Both the position numbers and the translations under genes were made by a program. This document shows, in pieces, positions 41,596 to 51,781 of a stretch of 64,000 bases of DNA. The stretch comes from Promethearchaeota archaeon. Its GTDB lineage: Archaea; Asgardarchaeota; Lokiarchaeia; Sigyniarchaeales; SOKP01. A model generated the notes under the pieces. That model was not told the DNA's origin. It worked only from the letters and a program-made list of their open reading frames with translations, and made no database searches. How positions within the stretch are numbered: the first letter of the stretch is position 1; each line of letters begins with the position of its first letter. Location of the stretch: assembly GCA_016926735.1 (NCBI GenBank), contig JAFGOA010000110.1, positions 2,682-66,681 on the forward strand, read 5' to 3'.

Positions 41596-41759
41596 AGCCC
41601 AGTAGTCTAGTTTGGATCATTATAGGTATTAGATCTTACGAAAATAAATAGGGCGCCTGCTTGCGGTCATCATACATTAAGTAGATGGTAAACAGCAGGA
41701 TATCGGGGGTTCAAATTTTCGGAAAATTATTCTTAAAAGAGAAAATCCCCTCTGGGCTA
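41596..41759 (+). tRNA. tRNA-Arg(GCG) with three introns (D-loop, canonical 37/38, T-loop ~59/60)
   Basis: Acceptor AGCCCAG/CTGGGCT; anticodon arm CCTGC-TTGCGG|A-GCAGG with a BHB intron at 41667-41693; T arm GGGGG-TTCAAA|T-CCCCT with ~30-nt insert; ~30-nt D-loop insert. Confidence 0.9.
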
Positions 41760-42017
41760 TTTTTTTTCTTCTTTATTTATACTAAATAGTTTGTTAATAG
41801 TATTGGAATTGGATTAGCAAAGAAAAGATCAATTATAAAATAAAAAAGATACCTTTTTTTCATTTCTTCTTTAATTTAATACTATAAAAATTAAAACCTC
41901 TAAAGCCCTAAATTGTTTTTTTTTAGTATATTATACATAAAAATACCTAAATTCTTTATCCAAACAAAAAAAATAATTTAAAAAAATAATGAATTACTAG
42001 AATATTATAAGAATTTC

Positions 42018-42563
42018 ATGGAGATTTTATTTAAAATGTCGATAGATAAATGGTTATCAGATCCAAAATATATAGAAAATCAGAAAAAAAGAAATGAACT
42101 ATTTGAAAATTTATCTCAAGAGAAGAAAAAAACATTAAAAGAAAAAGGTCTAAAAAAAATATTAAAAAAAGAAGAACCCATTTCAGAAATTCCTGATGAT
42201 TTTTTAGATAAAATTATTGAATTCAAAGAATGGTTGAATAATAGAACGTACCTAAAAGGGGATAAAGATAAAATTGAAGTTTGGATATCTAATCTATATC
42301 GAATAAATCAAATAAAAATTAAACAAAGAGAAAAAATTTCATCTAAAGAACAAAAAGAGGATTTGATTAAAAAGTTTAGAAGAATACCAATAAATCTATT
42401 AGATGAAAAGATTAGAATGGCAATTACTAAAAAACTTCATGGTTATGAAAGAACTCGTACAGACAATTATTACTTAAGTAAATTCAAGAATATAATTCAC
42501 GAAAAGTTAAAAGAATTAAAATATTATGAAATTTTGGAAACAATAATAGAATTAAAAATATAA
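42018..42563 (+). CDS. Conserved hypothetical helical protein
   Basis: Long ORF directly upstream of the nucleotidyltransferase; the start is probably MSIDKW at 42036. Confidence 0.7.
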   Translation: MEILFKMSIDKWLSDPKYIENQKKRNELFENLSQEKKKTLKEKGLKKILKKEEPISEIPDDFLDKIIEFKEWLNNRTYLKGDKDKIEVWISNLYRINQIKIKQREKISSKEQKEDLIKKFRRIPINLLDEKIRMAITKKLHGYERTRTDNYYLSKFKNIIHEKLKELKYYEILETIIELKI

Positions 42564-42568
42564 AAAAA

Positions 42569-43657
42569 ATGTGGATTGTTTGTCCTATAGCAGGAGTAGG
42601 AAAAAAATTACAGCCTTTCACCTATTCTAAACCAAAGGCTTTCTTAAAAGTTGCTGGAAAAAGACTGATAGATCATATTCTTATTAAATTAAAAAGAACA
42701 TTTCCAAAAGGTTCCAATCTTCTTTTTATTATTGGATATAAGAAGAGACAAATTTCAGAATATTTAATAAAAAATTATTCTGATTATTTTAATCTTCAAT
42801 TTAGAGAACAGAAACCCATAGGATATGAATCTGAAACACCTTATTTTTCAGGTTTAGGTGATGCAATTCTTTTAGCAAAGGAATTTGTTAAAAATGATGA
42901 TATGTTTATTTTTTTAAGCGACAGACTTCCAATGGAGGATTATACTTCAATATTATTGAATTTTCATCAAAATGAATGTGATGGTATAATTAATGTTAAG
43001 AGAGTTCCCAATCCTCAATTTTACGGAGTATTAACAATAGATAAAAATGGCTATCTAAATAAAATAGTTGAAAAACCTCAAGAATATTTTTCAGATTATG
43101 CCGTTTCAGGAGCTTATTTATTTGGAAAACATATTATTCCAAGATTATTTGAAATTTTACAAGAGCAACAAAAAAAAAAAATCTCAAATGGAGAAGAGCA
43201 TCAATTGACTTCAGCTATTCAACAATTAATTAACGATGGAAAGAAAATAATAATAAATGAAATGAAAACTGAGATTTTAGATTTTGGAAGATTTGAAAGT
43301 TTATTTGAAGGAAATCGTTCATTATTATCTGAAATAAAAATTAAAGATCCCCTCTATGAAGATCTAAAAGATACAGGAAATATAGAGGATTCGAAAATAA
43401 TTCCTCCAGTCTTTATTGGTCAAAATGTTAAATTAAAAAATTCAATTATCGGACCAAATGTTTCAATTGGAGATGATGTTATATTAGAAAAATGCATTTT
43501 ATATGAATCTGTTATAGGAGATGGTGCTAATCTAAAAAAAATAATTTCTTCAGATAGTATTATAGGAGATTTTTCTACTTTAGAAGATCTTATTAAAAAA
43601 AAAATTACAATTGGAGACTCTGCTTATATCACAACCTCTAATTTACGATTTTTTTAA
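42569..43657 (+). CDS. Sugar-phosphate nucleotidyltransferase (long form, with left-handed beta-helix)
   Basis: AGVGKKLQPFTYSKPK, IVEKP, C-terminal hexapeptide repeats. Confidence 0.9.
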   Translation: MWIVCPIAGVGKKLQPFTYSKPKAFLKVAGKRLIDHILIKLKRTFPKGSNLLFIIGYKKRQISEYLIKNYSDYFNLQFREQKPIGYESETPYFSGLGDAILLAKEFVKNDDMFIFLSDRLPMEDYTSILLNFHQNECDGIINVKRVPNPQFYGVLTIDKNGYLNKIVEKPQEYFSDYAVSGAYLFGKHIIPRLFEILQEQQKKKISNGEEHQLTSAIQQLINDGKKIIINEMKTEILDFGRFESLFEGNRSLLSEIKIKDPLYEDLKDTGNIEDSKIIPPVFIGQNVKLKNSIIGPNVSIGDDVILEKCILYESVIGDGANLKKIISSDSIIGDFSTLEDLIKKKITIGDSAYITTSNLRFF

Positions 43658-43738
43658 TTTTAATTAATGTCATATACATTTGTATTAAAAAAAAAAAGAA
43701 TAAGGTTTTATTCGCTTATTTAATGTTTAAATTTACTA

Positions 43739-45196
43739 TTAAATTACCACTAAATCGATTGAAAATTCGTTAATCGGAATTTCTTCTCCAGGACGAATAT
43801 ATTCCATATAAAAATTATATTCTGTAGTTGCAATTGTTTTAAGTGTGATTATTCGTGTACCTGGTGCTCCAGGGATTATATCTTCAGGTGGGATATAATT
43901 ATCTGAAATCAACTCTAAGAGGCCCTCAGGAAGACTATATTCCCATCTATACCCTGTAGAAGGATTTTCTTCTAAAGTAATTCTTAAACATGTTCCTAGA
44001 TTAACCTCTAAGATAGAATTGTCATCAAAAATATCCAATTGAACCACATTTGGATTAGTTCTTAATTGTAAAACTTCTAATTCATAATAAGAATTACCAG
44101 TTATATCTGTTCTAATTGTTCTATATCCTAATATATCAACCATATCACCAATCTTAGGAGAGCTCCCCTTCCACTCAGGATTTTCTTCACTCCAATACCA
44201 TGAATTATTATTTGTTAATATATAATTTTTATCAGCAATTAGACCATAAACCATTCCTGGTATAGCGGGACTTGTAAGAGGGGGATTGGGAATAAGTTGA
44301 TATTCTCCCAAAATTCTAACAACTCTCGAAAAAACTGAAGGATTACTAGATTCGGCCAATGGAAGTTCCGTTTCCATATTAGAATCATCATAAATAAAAA
44401 TATTTTCTATTCCGAGTTCTCTTAAATCAATTCCTTTAATAATGTATTTGGATCTATCTTGATATGGAGGACCTAAATTATTGATAATAAGACTTCCAAC
44501 ACCTAATACTTCATTATCAATTTCAGAGATTATTGTGATTTGATTACCAATTCTCTTAATTGTTATAAATTCTTCACCAATCACATTACCTTGCCAATTA
44601 TAATGTTGTAGGAACCAACTACCTTCAATTAAAGGAATATTATCACATGGAAATCTCGGAAGGATTGCAATATAGTATTGTACAATTAATAAAGCATCCA
44701 AAATATCAATTTTTCCATCTAAATTTAGATCAGCGTATCTAGGATCAAATGCTATAGGAGCTAATCCTACATAATATTGAGCGATCAATAAAGCATCTAT
44801 TATATTAATATCTCCATCATTATTAACATCTCCAAATTTTTGAATGCTTGTATCTGTGATAAATTCTATTATCTCAGAGATTTCTATGATAATTCCCCAC
44901 ATGTATATTGATGCTAAATCGCTTCTTATTTTCGCAATAATGTGGATTGATAATTCATCTTTTTGTAGGTCAATTGGTAAATTAATAACTTCGTACTGTT
45001 CTTCTGTATTTGAAACAATCCCAAAAAATCCTCCTTCAAGTTCAACATATACAACTATTCCATATATTTCAACAATTTCAAATTCATCACTTTCTTGACT
45101 ATTTGTAATCATTATTGGATTGAAAAAGAATACTGAAATAGACAAGATTAGAAATATTTTTCTTTTAATTTGCCCTTTGTAAATGCTATTTTTCAT
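43739..45196 (-). CDS. Secreted multidomain protein with type I dockerin and C-terminal I42 (chagasin) protease-inhibitor domain
   Basis: GDVNNDGDINIIDALLIAQYY / ADLNLDGKIDILDALL; LEENPSTGYRW...PGAPG...YIRPGE. Confidence 0.85.
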   Translation of the reverse strand: MKNSIYKGQIKRKIFLILSISVFFFNPIMITNSQESDEFEIVEIYGIVVYVELEGGFFGIVSNTEEQYEVINLPIDLQKDELSIHIIAKIRSDLASIYMWGIIIEISEIIEFITDTSIQKFGDVNNDGDINIIDALLIAQYYVGLAPIAFDPRYADLNLDGKIDILDALLIVQYYIAILPRFPCDNIPLIEGSWFLQHYNWQGNVIGEEFITIKRIGNQITIISEIDNEVLGVGSLIINNLGPPYQDRSKYIIKGIDLRELGIENIFIYDDSNMETELPLAESSNPSVFSRVVRILGEYQLIPNPPLTSPAIPGMVYGLIADKNYILTNNNSWYWSEENPEWKGSSPKIGDMVDILGYRTIRTDITGNSYYELEVLQLRTNPNVVQLDIFDDNSILEVNLGTCLRITLEENPSTGYRWEYSLPEGLLELISDNYIPPEDIIPGAPGTRIITLKTIATTEYNFYMEYIRPGEEIPINEFSIDLVVI

Positions 45197-45433
45197 TTAT
45201 TTCACCATAAATATCTGATTAGTCTATTTATCAGAAATTTCTGTTTGAAATGTCTGGGTTTTTTATTATTATTTAATAAAAAAAATATATCGTTAGATAT
45301 TAAGAATAGTGTAAATTTAAAGATTATTGGTTTTATAAGACTATAATATATATTCATTAAGTCTAAATTATAGGCTAAATTAAGACAATATAATAAGCGT
45401 AAACAATAATTATAAGATTAAGTTGTTATTTAG

Positions 45434-47134
45434 ATGGAAAATTATAAGCTTAAAAAGTTAGAACATTTCTCTGGAAGAGAAGGACCTTTAGTATTAATCA
45501 TAATGGATGGTATAGGGATTGCTGAAAAAAAGGATACTAATGCATTTTACCTTGCAAATACTCCTTTTTTAGATAAATTACAATCGGAAAAAAAATTATA
45601 TCTTGAAATTAAAGCTCATGGTACTGCTGTTGGATTACCTACTGATAATGAAATGGGTAATAGTGAAGTTGGTCATAATGCTTTTGGAGCAGGGAAAATT
45701 CCTAAACAAAGAGCTACTCTTGCAAAAGAAGCTATTGAATCAAAATCTTTATTTGATAGTGATAAATGGAAAACATTCAGTAATATTATCAATCAAAATA
45801 ATAAAAAGGTACACCTCATTGGTTTATTATCAGATGGTTATGTACATAGTCATATATCTCATCTAATTGGCATATTATATGGTGCTAAAGATTCTGGAAT
45901 TAAGAAAATTAGAATTCATACACTTTTAGATGGTAGGGATGTCCCTCCAAAATCTGCTTTAGAATACATCAACAAATTGGAAAATGAATTAACAAAGATA
46001 AATAAATCAGGTGATTTTGACTATCGTATTGCTTCGGGAGGAGGACGAATGCGAGTTACTATGGATAGATATAATTCAGATTGGAATGTTGTAAAAAGAG
46101 GATGGGATGCACATGTATGTGCTATACCAGATCAATTTTTAGGATATAATGGCTTTTTCAGTTCTGCTAAAGAAGCAATAGAAAAAGCTAGAACATTAGA
46201 TCCTGATTTAACAGATCAATATCTCCCTTCATTTGTTATAATAGATGAAAATAATATACCATTAGGAAAAATGGAAGATGGTGATGGGGTAATCTATTTC
46301 AATTATAGAGGAGATAGAGCAATTCAAATTTCTAGAGCTTTTGATGAAGGAACTGAATTTAAAGATTTTGAAAAAAAATGTAATCCAAATGTAATTTATT
46401 ACGGATTGCTTCAATATGATGAGAAAGAACACATTCCAAAACGATTTTTTATTGATCCTCCAAAAATAGACGTAACATTTATCGATTTTCTAAGTACAGA
46501 AAAGATACCTATGTTTGCTACAAGTGAAACTTTTAAGATAGGTCATTTATGTTATTTTTTTTGGGGAAATCGTGATTTGATTACAAAAACAGATTATATT
46601 AAAAAAGAGAATTATGATATAAGAGTATCTAAAAGTAGTTTTAATGAGGATATTATTGAAATTGTGTCATTTAAGTCTGAATTAATTGAGAAAAATCCCA
46701 AAATGAAAGTTTTGGAGATTAAAAATGAATTATTAGATGCAATTAGATCCAATAAATATAAGTTCCTAAGAGTTAATTTAACAAATGGCGATATGGTCGG
46801 CCATACAGGAAATATAGCCTCTGCAATGGTTGCTGCTGAGACTGTAGATACATGTGTAAGAGAAATAGTAGATTTAGTTAATAAAATAAACGGAATTGTT
46901 ATTGTAACTGCAGATCATGGTAATCTTGAAGATATGAGTAAAGAATGGCAGACTTCGCATACATGCAATCCGGTAATGTTTAATATCATTGATTCTCAAT
47001 ATAATAACGAATATACGATAAATAATGAAATTAAGGAACCAAGTTTAGGTAATGTTGCTGGAACCATCATAAATCTATTAGGATATGAGAATCCAAATAA
47101 TTTCATGGAATCCTTGATTAAATTCAAAAAATAA
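45434..47134 (+). CDS. gpmI: 2,3-bisphosphoglycerate-independent phosphoglycerate mutase
   Basis: IIMDG.G, MGNSEVGH, DGRD, GGRM, NYRGDR, NGDMVGHTG, TADHGN. Confidence 0.95.
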   Translation: MENYKLKKLEHFSGREGPLVLIIMDGIGIAEKKDTNAFYLANTPFLDKLQSEKKLYLEIKAHGTAVGLPTDNEMGNSEVGHNAFGAGKIPKQRATLAKEAIESKSLFDSDKWKTFSNIINQNNKKVHLIGLLSDGYVHSHISHLIGILYGAKDSGIKKIRIHTLLDGRDVPPKSALEYINKLENELTKINKSGDFDYRIASGGGRMRVTMDRYNSDWNVVKRGWDAHVCAIPDQFLGYNGFFSSAKEAIEKARTLDPDLTDQYLPSFVIIDENNIPLGKMEDGDGVIYFNYRGDRAIQISRAFDEGTEFKDFEKKCNPNVIYYGLLQYDEKEHIPKRFFIDPPKIDVTFIDFLSTEKIPMFATSETFKIGHLCYFFWGNRDLITKTDYIKKENYDIRVSKSSFNEDIIEIVSFKSELIEKNPKMKVLEIKNELLDAIRSNKYKFLRVNLTNGDMVGHTGNIASAMVAAETVDTCVREIVDLVNKINGIVIVTADHGNLEDMSKEWQTSHTCNPVMFNIIDSQYNNEYTINNEIKEPSLGNVAGTIINLLGYENPNNFMESLIKFKK

Positions 47135-47145
47135 TTTTCTTTTTC

Positions 47146-49884
47146 TTATTTTTCAAAATACTTTTCCCAAGGAATTTTTTTAAAATTAATAGATTTTAGA
47201 TATAATTTAATTTCATTGAATAGAATATCAGGAGAAAAAATCCAAGCTCCCTTATTATTAAAACTCACACATAAAATTTTCTCAATTTTAAACTCTTCTC
47301 TAATTAAATACGCATATGATGCTAATTGTGGTATTGATTTTAAAAAATGACCCTCTAGTGGTGATTCATCGGGTTTATAATCTGCAACAATAAGAGTTCT
47401 ATTATATATCAGTAGCAAATCAATATGACCCGTTAAAAACGTATCTTTATATGGTTTCCAAACATTTAATTCAATTCCTATTGCATTATCAACCATATCT
47501 AAGATTTTTAAAAGTAATTTATTGTGTTCTGGTCCCTGATGACTTTGCATCAGTTCATTTTTATTATAATGATGAGTTTGCGCTAAATCAATTAATTTTT
47601 GGACTATAAATTCTATATTATTTTTAGACCTTATATCCTGATTTTTATTTATCACAACAATTTTTTTTTCCGATATTAGTTTATTTGATAATTCCAATCT
47701 TAGGTGTCTATTCTCACGGTTATTATTTCCAAGAGATATTAATTTAAAATTAGAAATTCTTAGACATTTACCATATTTTGTAATAATATAATCTGGAAAT
47801 CCACTTATTTTGGTAATTTCCTCCAAATGGTAGAGTAATTTTTTTGGATAATTTTTGAGTTTAGATTTGATATTTTTTGATAATTTTGGACAAATCCGAT
47901 TTTGGATTTTTTTGTTAGATTTAATTAATTTTTTAGTATGAACCAGTTCACTCATATCTTTCATTCCTAAATTTGAGATAATTTCTCTATATCCAATAGA
48001 TTTTCTCTGTGTATAATTTCTATCTATGATAAATTGTCTATACTCAGGAAAATGTTTTTGAATCTGATTAAACATCGGAGCATAACCCTTTACTATTCTT
48101 TCTTTCGTATTCACTTTAGGAAAGATATCATATTTAAAAATATGAGCTATTACAATGATAAAGTCTTCATCTTTTACAATCCTCAATAAATCAAATATTT
48201 TTTTTTTAAAGAAGCTTTTTTGAATTGGTTTAATTATTTGATTAAATTTATTTAAAAAATTGTTTTGATGATATTCTTTATTGATTTGATTCGATAAAAT
48301 AGAAGAAATAAAGACTAATGCTGCTGAAATAGCTACACTAAATTTATAATAATCATGTAAAGCTTTAGAATCCCACCAAATATTAAAAATATCATCTAAT
48401 AATATATTTGATCTATGTAGATTTTTACTATTATAATTCAAAGCTTTATTTAATATATTAATATAATTTTTTACTTGATTTAGGGACTCTTTCTTATAAA
48501 TATCCTTTAATTTTTGAAATTTATTGTAAATTGAATTAAAATTCTTGATAGATAATATATTTTTTATCTTATCTTGAATTGAATTAACATCCTCGTAATT
48601 ATACTCACAATAAAAAATAATACTAAAATAAATTGATGATGCTGCTAAATTTCTAACTTCTAGAGTCTTTATTTCATATTCGGAGCAATTTAAAGAAATA
48701 ATAAGATCTCTGGCAAAATTTATACAAATTTTAGGAATCTTTAGAATATTTCCTAAATCCTCTAAATTAATAATTGTCTTTTCTAAATTAGAATTAGTCG
48801 AAAGAATTTTTAATTTTAATATATCAAAATTTTCATGATCTAAATAAGGAATAAGATTTCCTATATAATCAGTAAAAAGTTGAGCAATATAATATGAATT
48901 ATTAAGATTAGTATTTATAATACTAAATTCATGATTTTTATCTCTCTTTTGTAATTCATTACAGACCTCCATTAAAATATATATTATTCCTCCAGCAACA
49001 AGACGATTTTTTTTATTCTTTAATCTCTCATCATTTTTTATATTGTTTAATAGTAATTTTGCAACGTCTCGAGCATAATTTGGAATATTTAATGTTTTTA
49101 AAAATTGAAATAAAAGGCTATTTGTGCTTTCTTCTATTAAATGATTAAATTCAGTTCTAAAATATTTTCGATAATAATTTCCCAAACTTTTTGATTGTTT
49201 ATAGCCTAATTTTTCACTTATTTTACTAAAACTTATATTTTTCCGTAGAGACTTGCTATAAATATAAAATATTGAACCTGCGATTAATTTAGGTATAGGT
49301 TTGCTTGGAAATATAATTTTGTCAATTCTAATTAATTTAAATATAATTTCAAAAGATTTCCATATTTCTTTTATTTTTATAGATTTATTTAAAAAAAGAA
49401 TATAACTAATAACTTTTAAAAAGAGATTTCCTTCTTTACTATTTTGATTTTTAATAATCTTACTATTTTTATTATTAAGGATTGGAATATATAAAATAGG
49501 AATTATAAGTATTGAATCATCTTCAGAAAGTTCATGTTGTTCAAACCAATTATTAATAATTAAATTCTCTTGTATTGGAATTTGCACTCCATTTAAGGTA
49601 AAAAAAGCTATTTTTGTATTAATTTTGAAATGATTCATAATTACTTTCATTAATTCATATGTAGAGTATTCTTTTTCAGTAAAATATCCTGATTTATTTC
49701 TTTTTACTAAGTTTAAATCATAAATAATATCATCATGATTATAAGGTCCTTTACCTATTAATTCTGGATTATTTTGTTTGACGCCACATAATATAAATTT
49801 CATATTACAATTCATTCCTCTATTATAGATTTTCTTTAATTTACTCATTAAAATAAAATCTCTAAAGATATTGTGAATTTTCAA
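47146..49884 (-). CDS. Putative ubiquitin-like domain + repeated TFIIB/cyclin-like boxes + C-terminal PD-(D/E)xK nuclease
   Basis: C-terminus has IELNVW..TGHIDLL..IVADYKP..PQLASYA. The middle has LIAGSIFY, LVAGGIIY, LAASSIY and ISAALVF motifs. The N-terminus has FTLNGVQIP...HELSEDDSILIIP. The true start may be 49803-49815. Confidence 0.65.
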   Translation of the reverse strand: MKIHNIFRDFILMSKLKKIYNRGMNCNMKFILCGVKQNNPELIGKGPYNHDDIIYDLNLVKRNKSGYFTEKEYSTYELMKVIMNHFKINTKIAFFTLNGVQIPIQENLIINNWFEQHELSEDDSILIIPILYIPILNNKNSKIIKNQNSKEGNLFLKVISYILFLNKSIKIKEIWKSFEIIFKLIRIDKIIFPSKPIPKLIAGSIFYIYSKSLRKNISFSKISEKLGYKQSKSLGNYYRKYFRTEFNHLIEESTNSLLFQFLKTLNIPNYARDVAKLLLNNIKNDERLKNKKNRLVAGGIIYILMEVCNELQKRDKNHEFSIINTNLNNSYYIAQLFTDYIGNLIPYLDHENFDILKLKILSTNSNLEKTIINLEDLGNILKIPKICINFARDLIISLNCSEYEIKTLEVRNLAASSIYFSIIFYCEYNYEDVNSIQDKIKNILSIKNFNSIYNKFQKLKDIYKKESLNQVKNYINILNKALNYNSKNLHRSNILLDDIFNIWWDSKALHDYYKFSVAISAALVFISSILSNQINKEYHQNNFLNKFNQIIKPIQKSFFKKKIFDLLRIVKDEDFIIVIAHIFKYDIFPKVNTKERIVKGYAPMFNQIQKHFPEYRQFIIDRNYTQRKSIGYREIISNLGMKDMSELVHTKKLIKSNKKIQNRICPKLSKNIKSKLKNYPKKLLYHLEEITKISGFPDYIITKYGKCLRISNFKLISLGNNNRENRHLRLELSNKLISEKKIVVINKNQDIRSKNNIEFIVQKLIDLAQTHHYNKNELMQSHQGPEHNKLLLKILDMVDNAIGIELNVWKPYKDTFLTGHIDLLLIYNRTLIVADYKPDESPLEGHFLKSIPQLASYAYLIREEFKIEKILCVSFNNKGAWIFSPDILFNEIKLYLKSINFKKIPWEKYFEK

Positions 49885-49888
49885 TAAT

Positions 49889-50164
49889 TTAAATCAATTT
49901 ATGAATTGCTCTTGCTTTAAAATTGAAATAATTAAATTGATATATCCTTATTTTGCTAAATTCTTTTTTGACTATGATCTTTATTTTTACAAGATAGTTG
50001 AGATGTTTTTTAATAATCTGATGATTTAATTTGGAAAGTAGAATAATTTCAGATAAGGTGAGCTCTCCTTTTAAAGCAAGAAGTTTTAAGATTACTGTTT
50101 TCTCTCTTGAATCAAAAAGATCCTCAATTAGAATTATTCCTTCAAATTCATTATCATCAATCAT
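49889..50164 (-). CDS. ArsR-like winged-helix protein
   Basis: EDLFDSREKTVILKLLALKGELTLSEI...HLNYL. Confidence 0.8.
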   Translation of the reverse strand: MIDDNEFEGIILIEDLFDSREKTVILKLLALKGELTLSEIILLSKLNHQIIKKHLNYLVKIKIIVKKEFSKIRIYQFNYFNFKARAIHKLI

Positions 50165-50201
50165 CTTCTTTTTAGATTCTATTTTACTTAATTAAAATAT
50201 A

Positions 50202-50263
50202 ATGATCACAATATAAAAAATAAGTGGGTGTGATGATTTATGATGGATCATAAGTGATCATAA
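50202..50263. promoter_or_regulatory. Cluster of ATCAT/ATGAT palindromes between divergent regulators
   Basis: TTATGATGGATCATAA (50238-50253); ATGATCAC (50202) inverted with GTGATCAT (50254). Confidence 0.45.
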
Positions 50264-50430
50264 TCAATATACCGATTATCTTAATTATCTTAATATTTTC
50301 TTTTTTGATTTTTTTAATATTTTCTATTATTTTTAATAGATTTTATGATAAGACTAATAGATAAAATTATATTTATAGAGAAATAATAAATATAATTAGA
50401 GAATTTTAATATAGAATTAATTAAAAAAAA

Positions 50431-50697
50431 ATGAAAGATATAGTATTACTTTCTGAAACAGGAGGAACCCTTGGATTTTCAATTCAACCAATGATCATTG
50501 ATAATTTAGAATTAGAACTAGGAAATCCAATTGAAATTGAGATTTTTAAAGAAATCAATAATAAAACTTCCTATACAATGACAAGACCACTAAGATTAAT
50601 AGGAAGTTCAAAAGGAGTGTCTATCAGATATTTTGTAGCTGAAAAATTGAATCTCAAATCAGGAGATATAATTGAAGTAGATATAAGGAAAATATAG
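50431..50697 (+). CDS. Tandem AbrB/MazE-like DNA-binding protein
   Basis: Two repeats: GGTLGFSI..IIDNLELELGNPIEI and GSSKGVSI..VAEKLNLKSGDIIEV. Confidence 0.75.
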   Translation: MKDIVLLSETGGTLGFSIQPMIIDNLELELGNPIEIEIFKEINNKTSYTMTRPLRLIGSSKGVSIRYFVAEKLNLKSGDIIEVDIRKI

Positions 50698-50759
50698 AAT
50701 TTTAAGTGGATAATTTATTATTATTAATAATTATTAGTTTCTAAAGTGATTTTTATAGA

Positions 50760-51575
50760 TTATACCAGAAATTTACTAAAAATTTCTCCAATTTCAGTAA
50801 GATTAAATATAACATCTTTTCCTCTTTTTGACTTTTTGATGACTCCATAATCAATAATTTTTGTTAAAGCATAAGATAGTTTGGATCTAAAAGATCTCTC
50901 TTTAATTTGATCTTTTTTGAGATTATTCATTAAATCTTGCATTTTTATTTTGTTTCCATGTGAAATTATCACTTTTAATATATTTCTTTGAAAATTTGTA
51001 AATTCTCTAAAAGGAAGAGCTGGAATTAAATTAATTTGATAATCACCTTTAGTCCATCCATTTTTTTCAAAATCTTCTTTAATAGTGTTGAGTTTTTTCA
51101 TAAATTCTTCTCTATTTTTTTTTAACTCTTCATCTTTAAGTATATCAATAATTTCTTGTATAAGGTAATTTGTGGTTTTTACATAAAATGGTATTATTAA
51201 ATTAGGGTATAATCCTGCAATATATATTGATGCAATCGCGAAAATTTTTGATGATGTACTTATATTGATATAAATTTTATTAACATTATTCTCACATTCT
51301 TTAGTGACAATTCTCTTTAATAGGCTTAAGCATGATTTTAAGTCTGTTATATTTGTTTCTTTAATTGAAACAAAATTCATTATTTTTTCAAGATATTCTT
51401 TAATTTCTTGAGCAAATTTTCTTACATTATCAGCGAGTGGTTTTTCAGAATTTTGTTTTGGTTCACTTTGAATTAAATATACATCTGTTACTCCAAATTT
51501 TTTAAATCCTGCCAAAACTCTATCTTTTTCTAAACCTACTGGGGCTATCATTACTAATCTATTTTGTATATTCAA
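50760..51575 (-). CDS. CARF-wHTH transcriptional regulator (DUF6293/Csa3-like)
   Basis: IAPVGLEKDRV, VYLI, IYINISTSSKIFAIA, C-terminal wHTH (LTEIGEIF). Confidence 0.8.
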   Translation of the reverse strand: MNIQNRLVMIAPVGLEKDRVLAGFKKFGVTDVYLIQSEPKQNSEKPLADNVRKFAQEIKEYLEKIMNFVSIKETNITDLKSCLSLLKRIVTKECENNVNKIYINISTSSKIFAIASIYIAGLYPNLIIPFYVKTTNYLIQEIIDILKDEELKKNREEFMKKLNTIKEDFEKNGWTKGDYQINLIPALPFREFTNFQRNILKVIISHGNKIKMQDLMNNLKKDQIKERSFRSKLSYALTKIIDYGVIKKSKRGKDVIFNLTEIGEIFSKFLV

Positions 51576-51781
51576 AATAATTCACTCTTATTTTTTATAT
51601 AATTAATTGTTTTTAATCAAATTAATAATTATTGATCTAGATTAAGCATTAGGTCGACAATATTTCTATCATAATGATTTGTATATACACAAGAAGTTTT
51701 TTAAATAATGGGGACTTAATGCATCACAAAACACTAGAATTTTGTGGATATCAAATATAGTGATTCAACTAGAGGTTTTGG

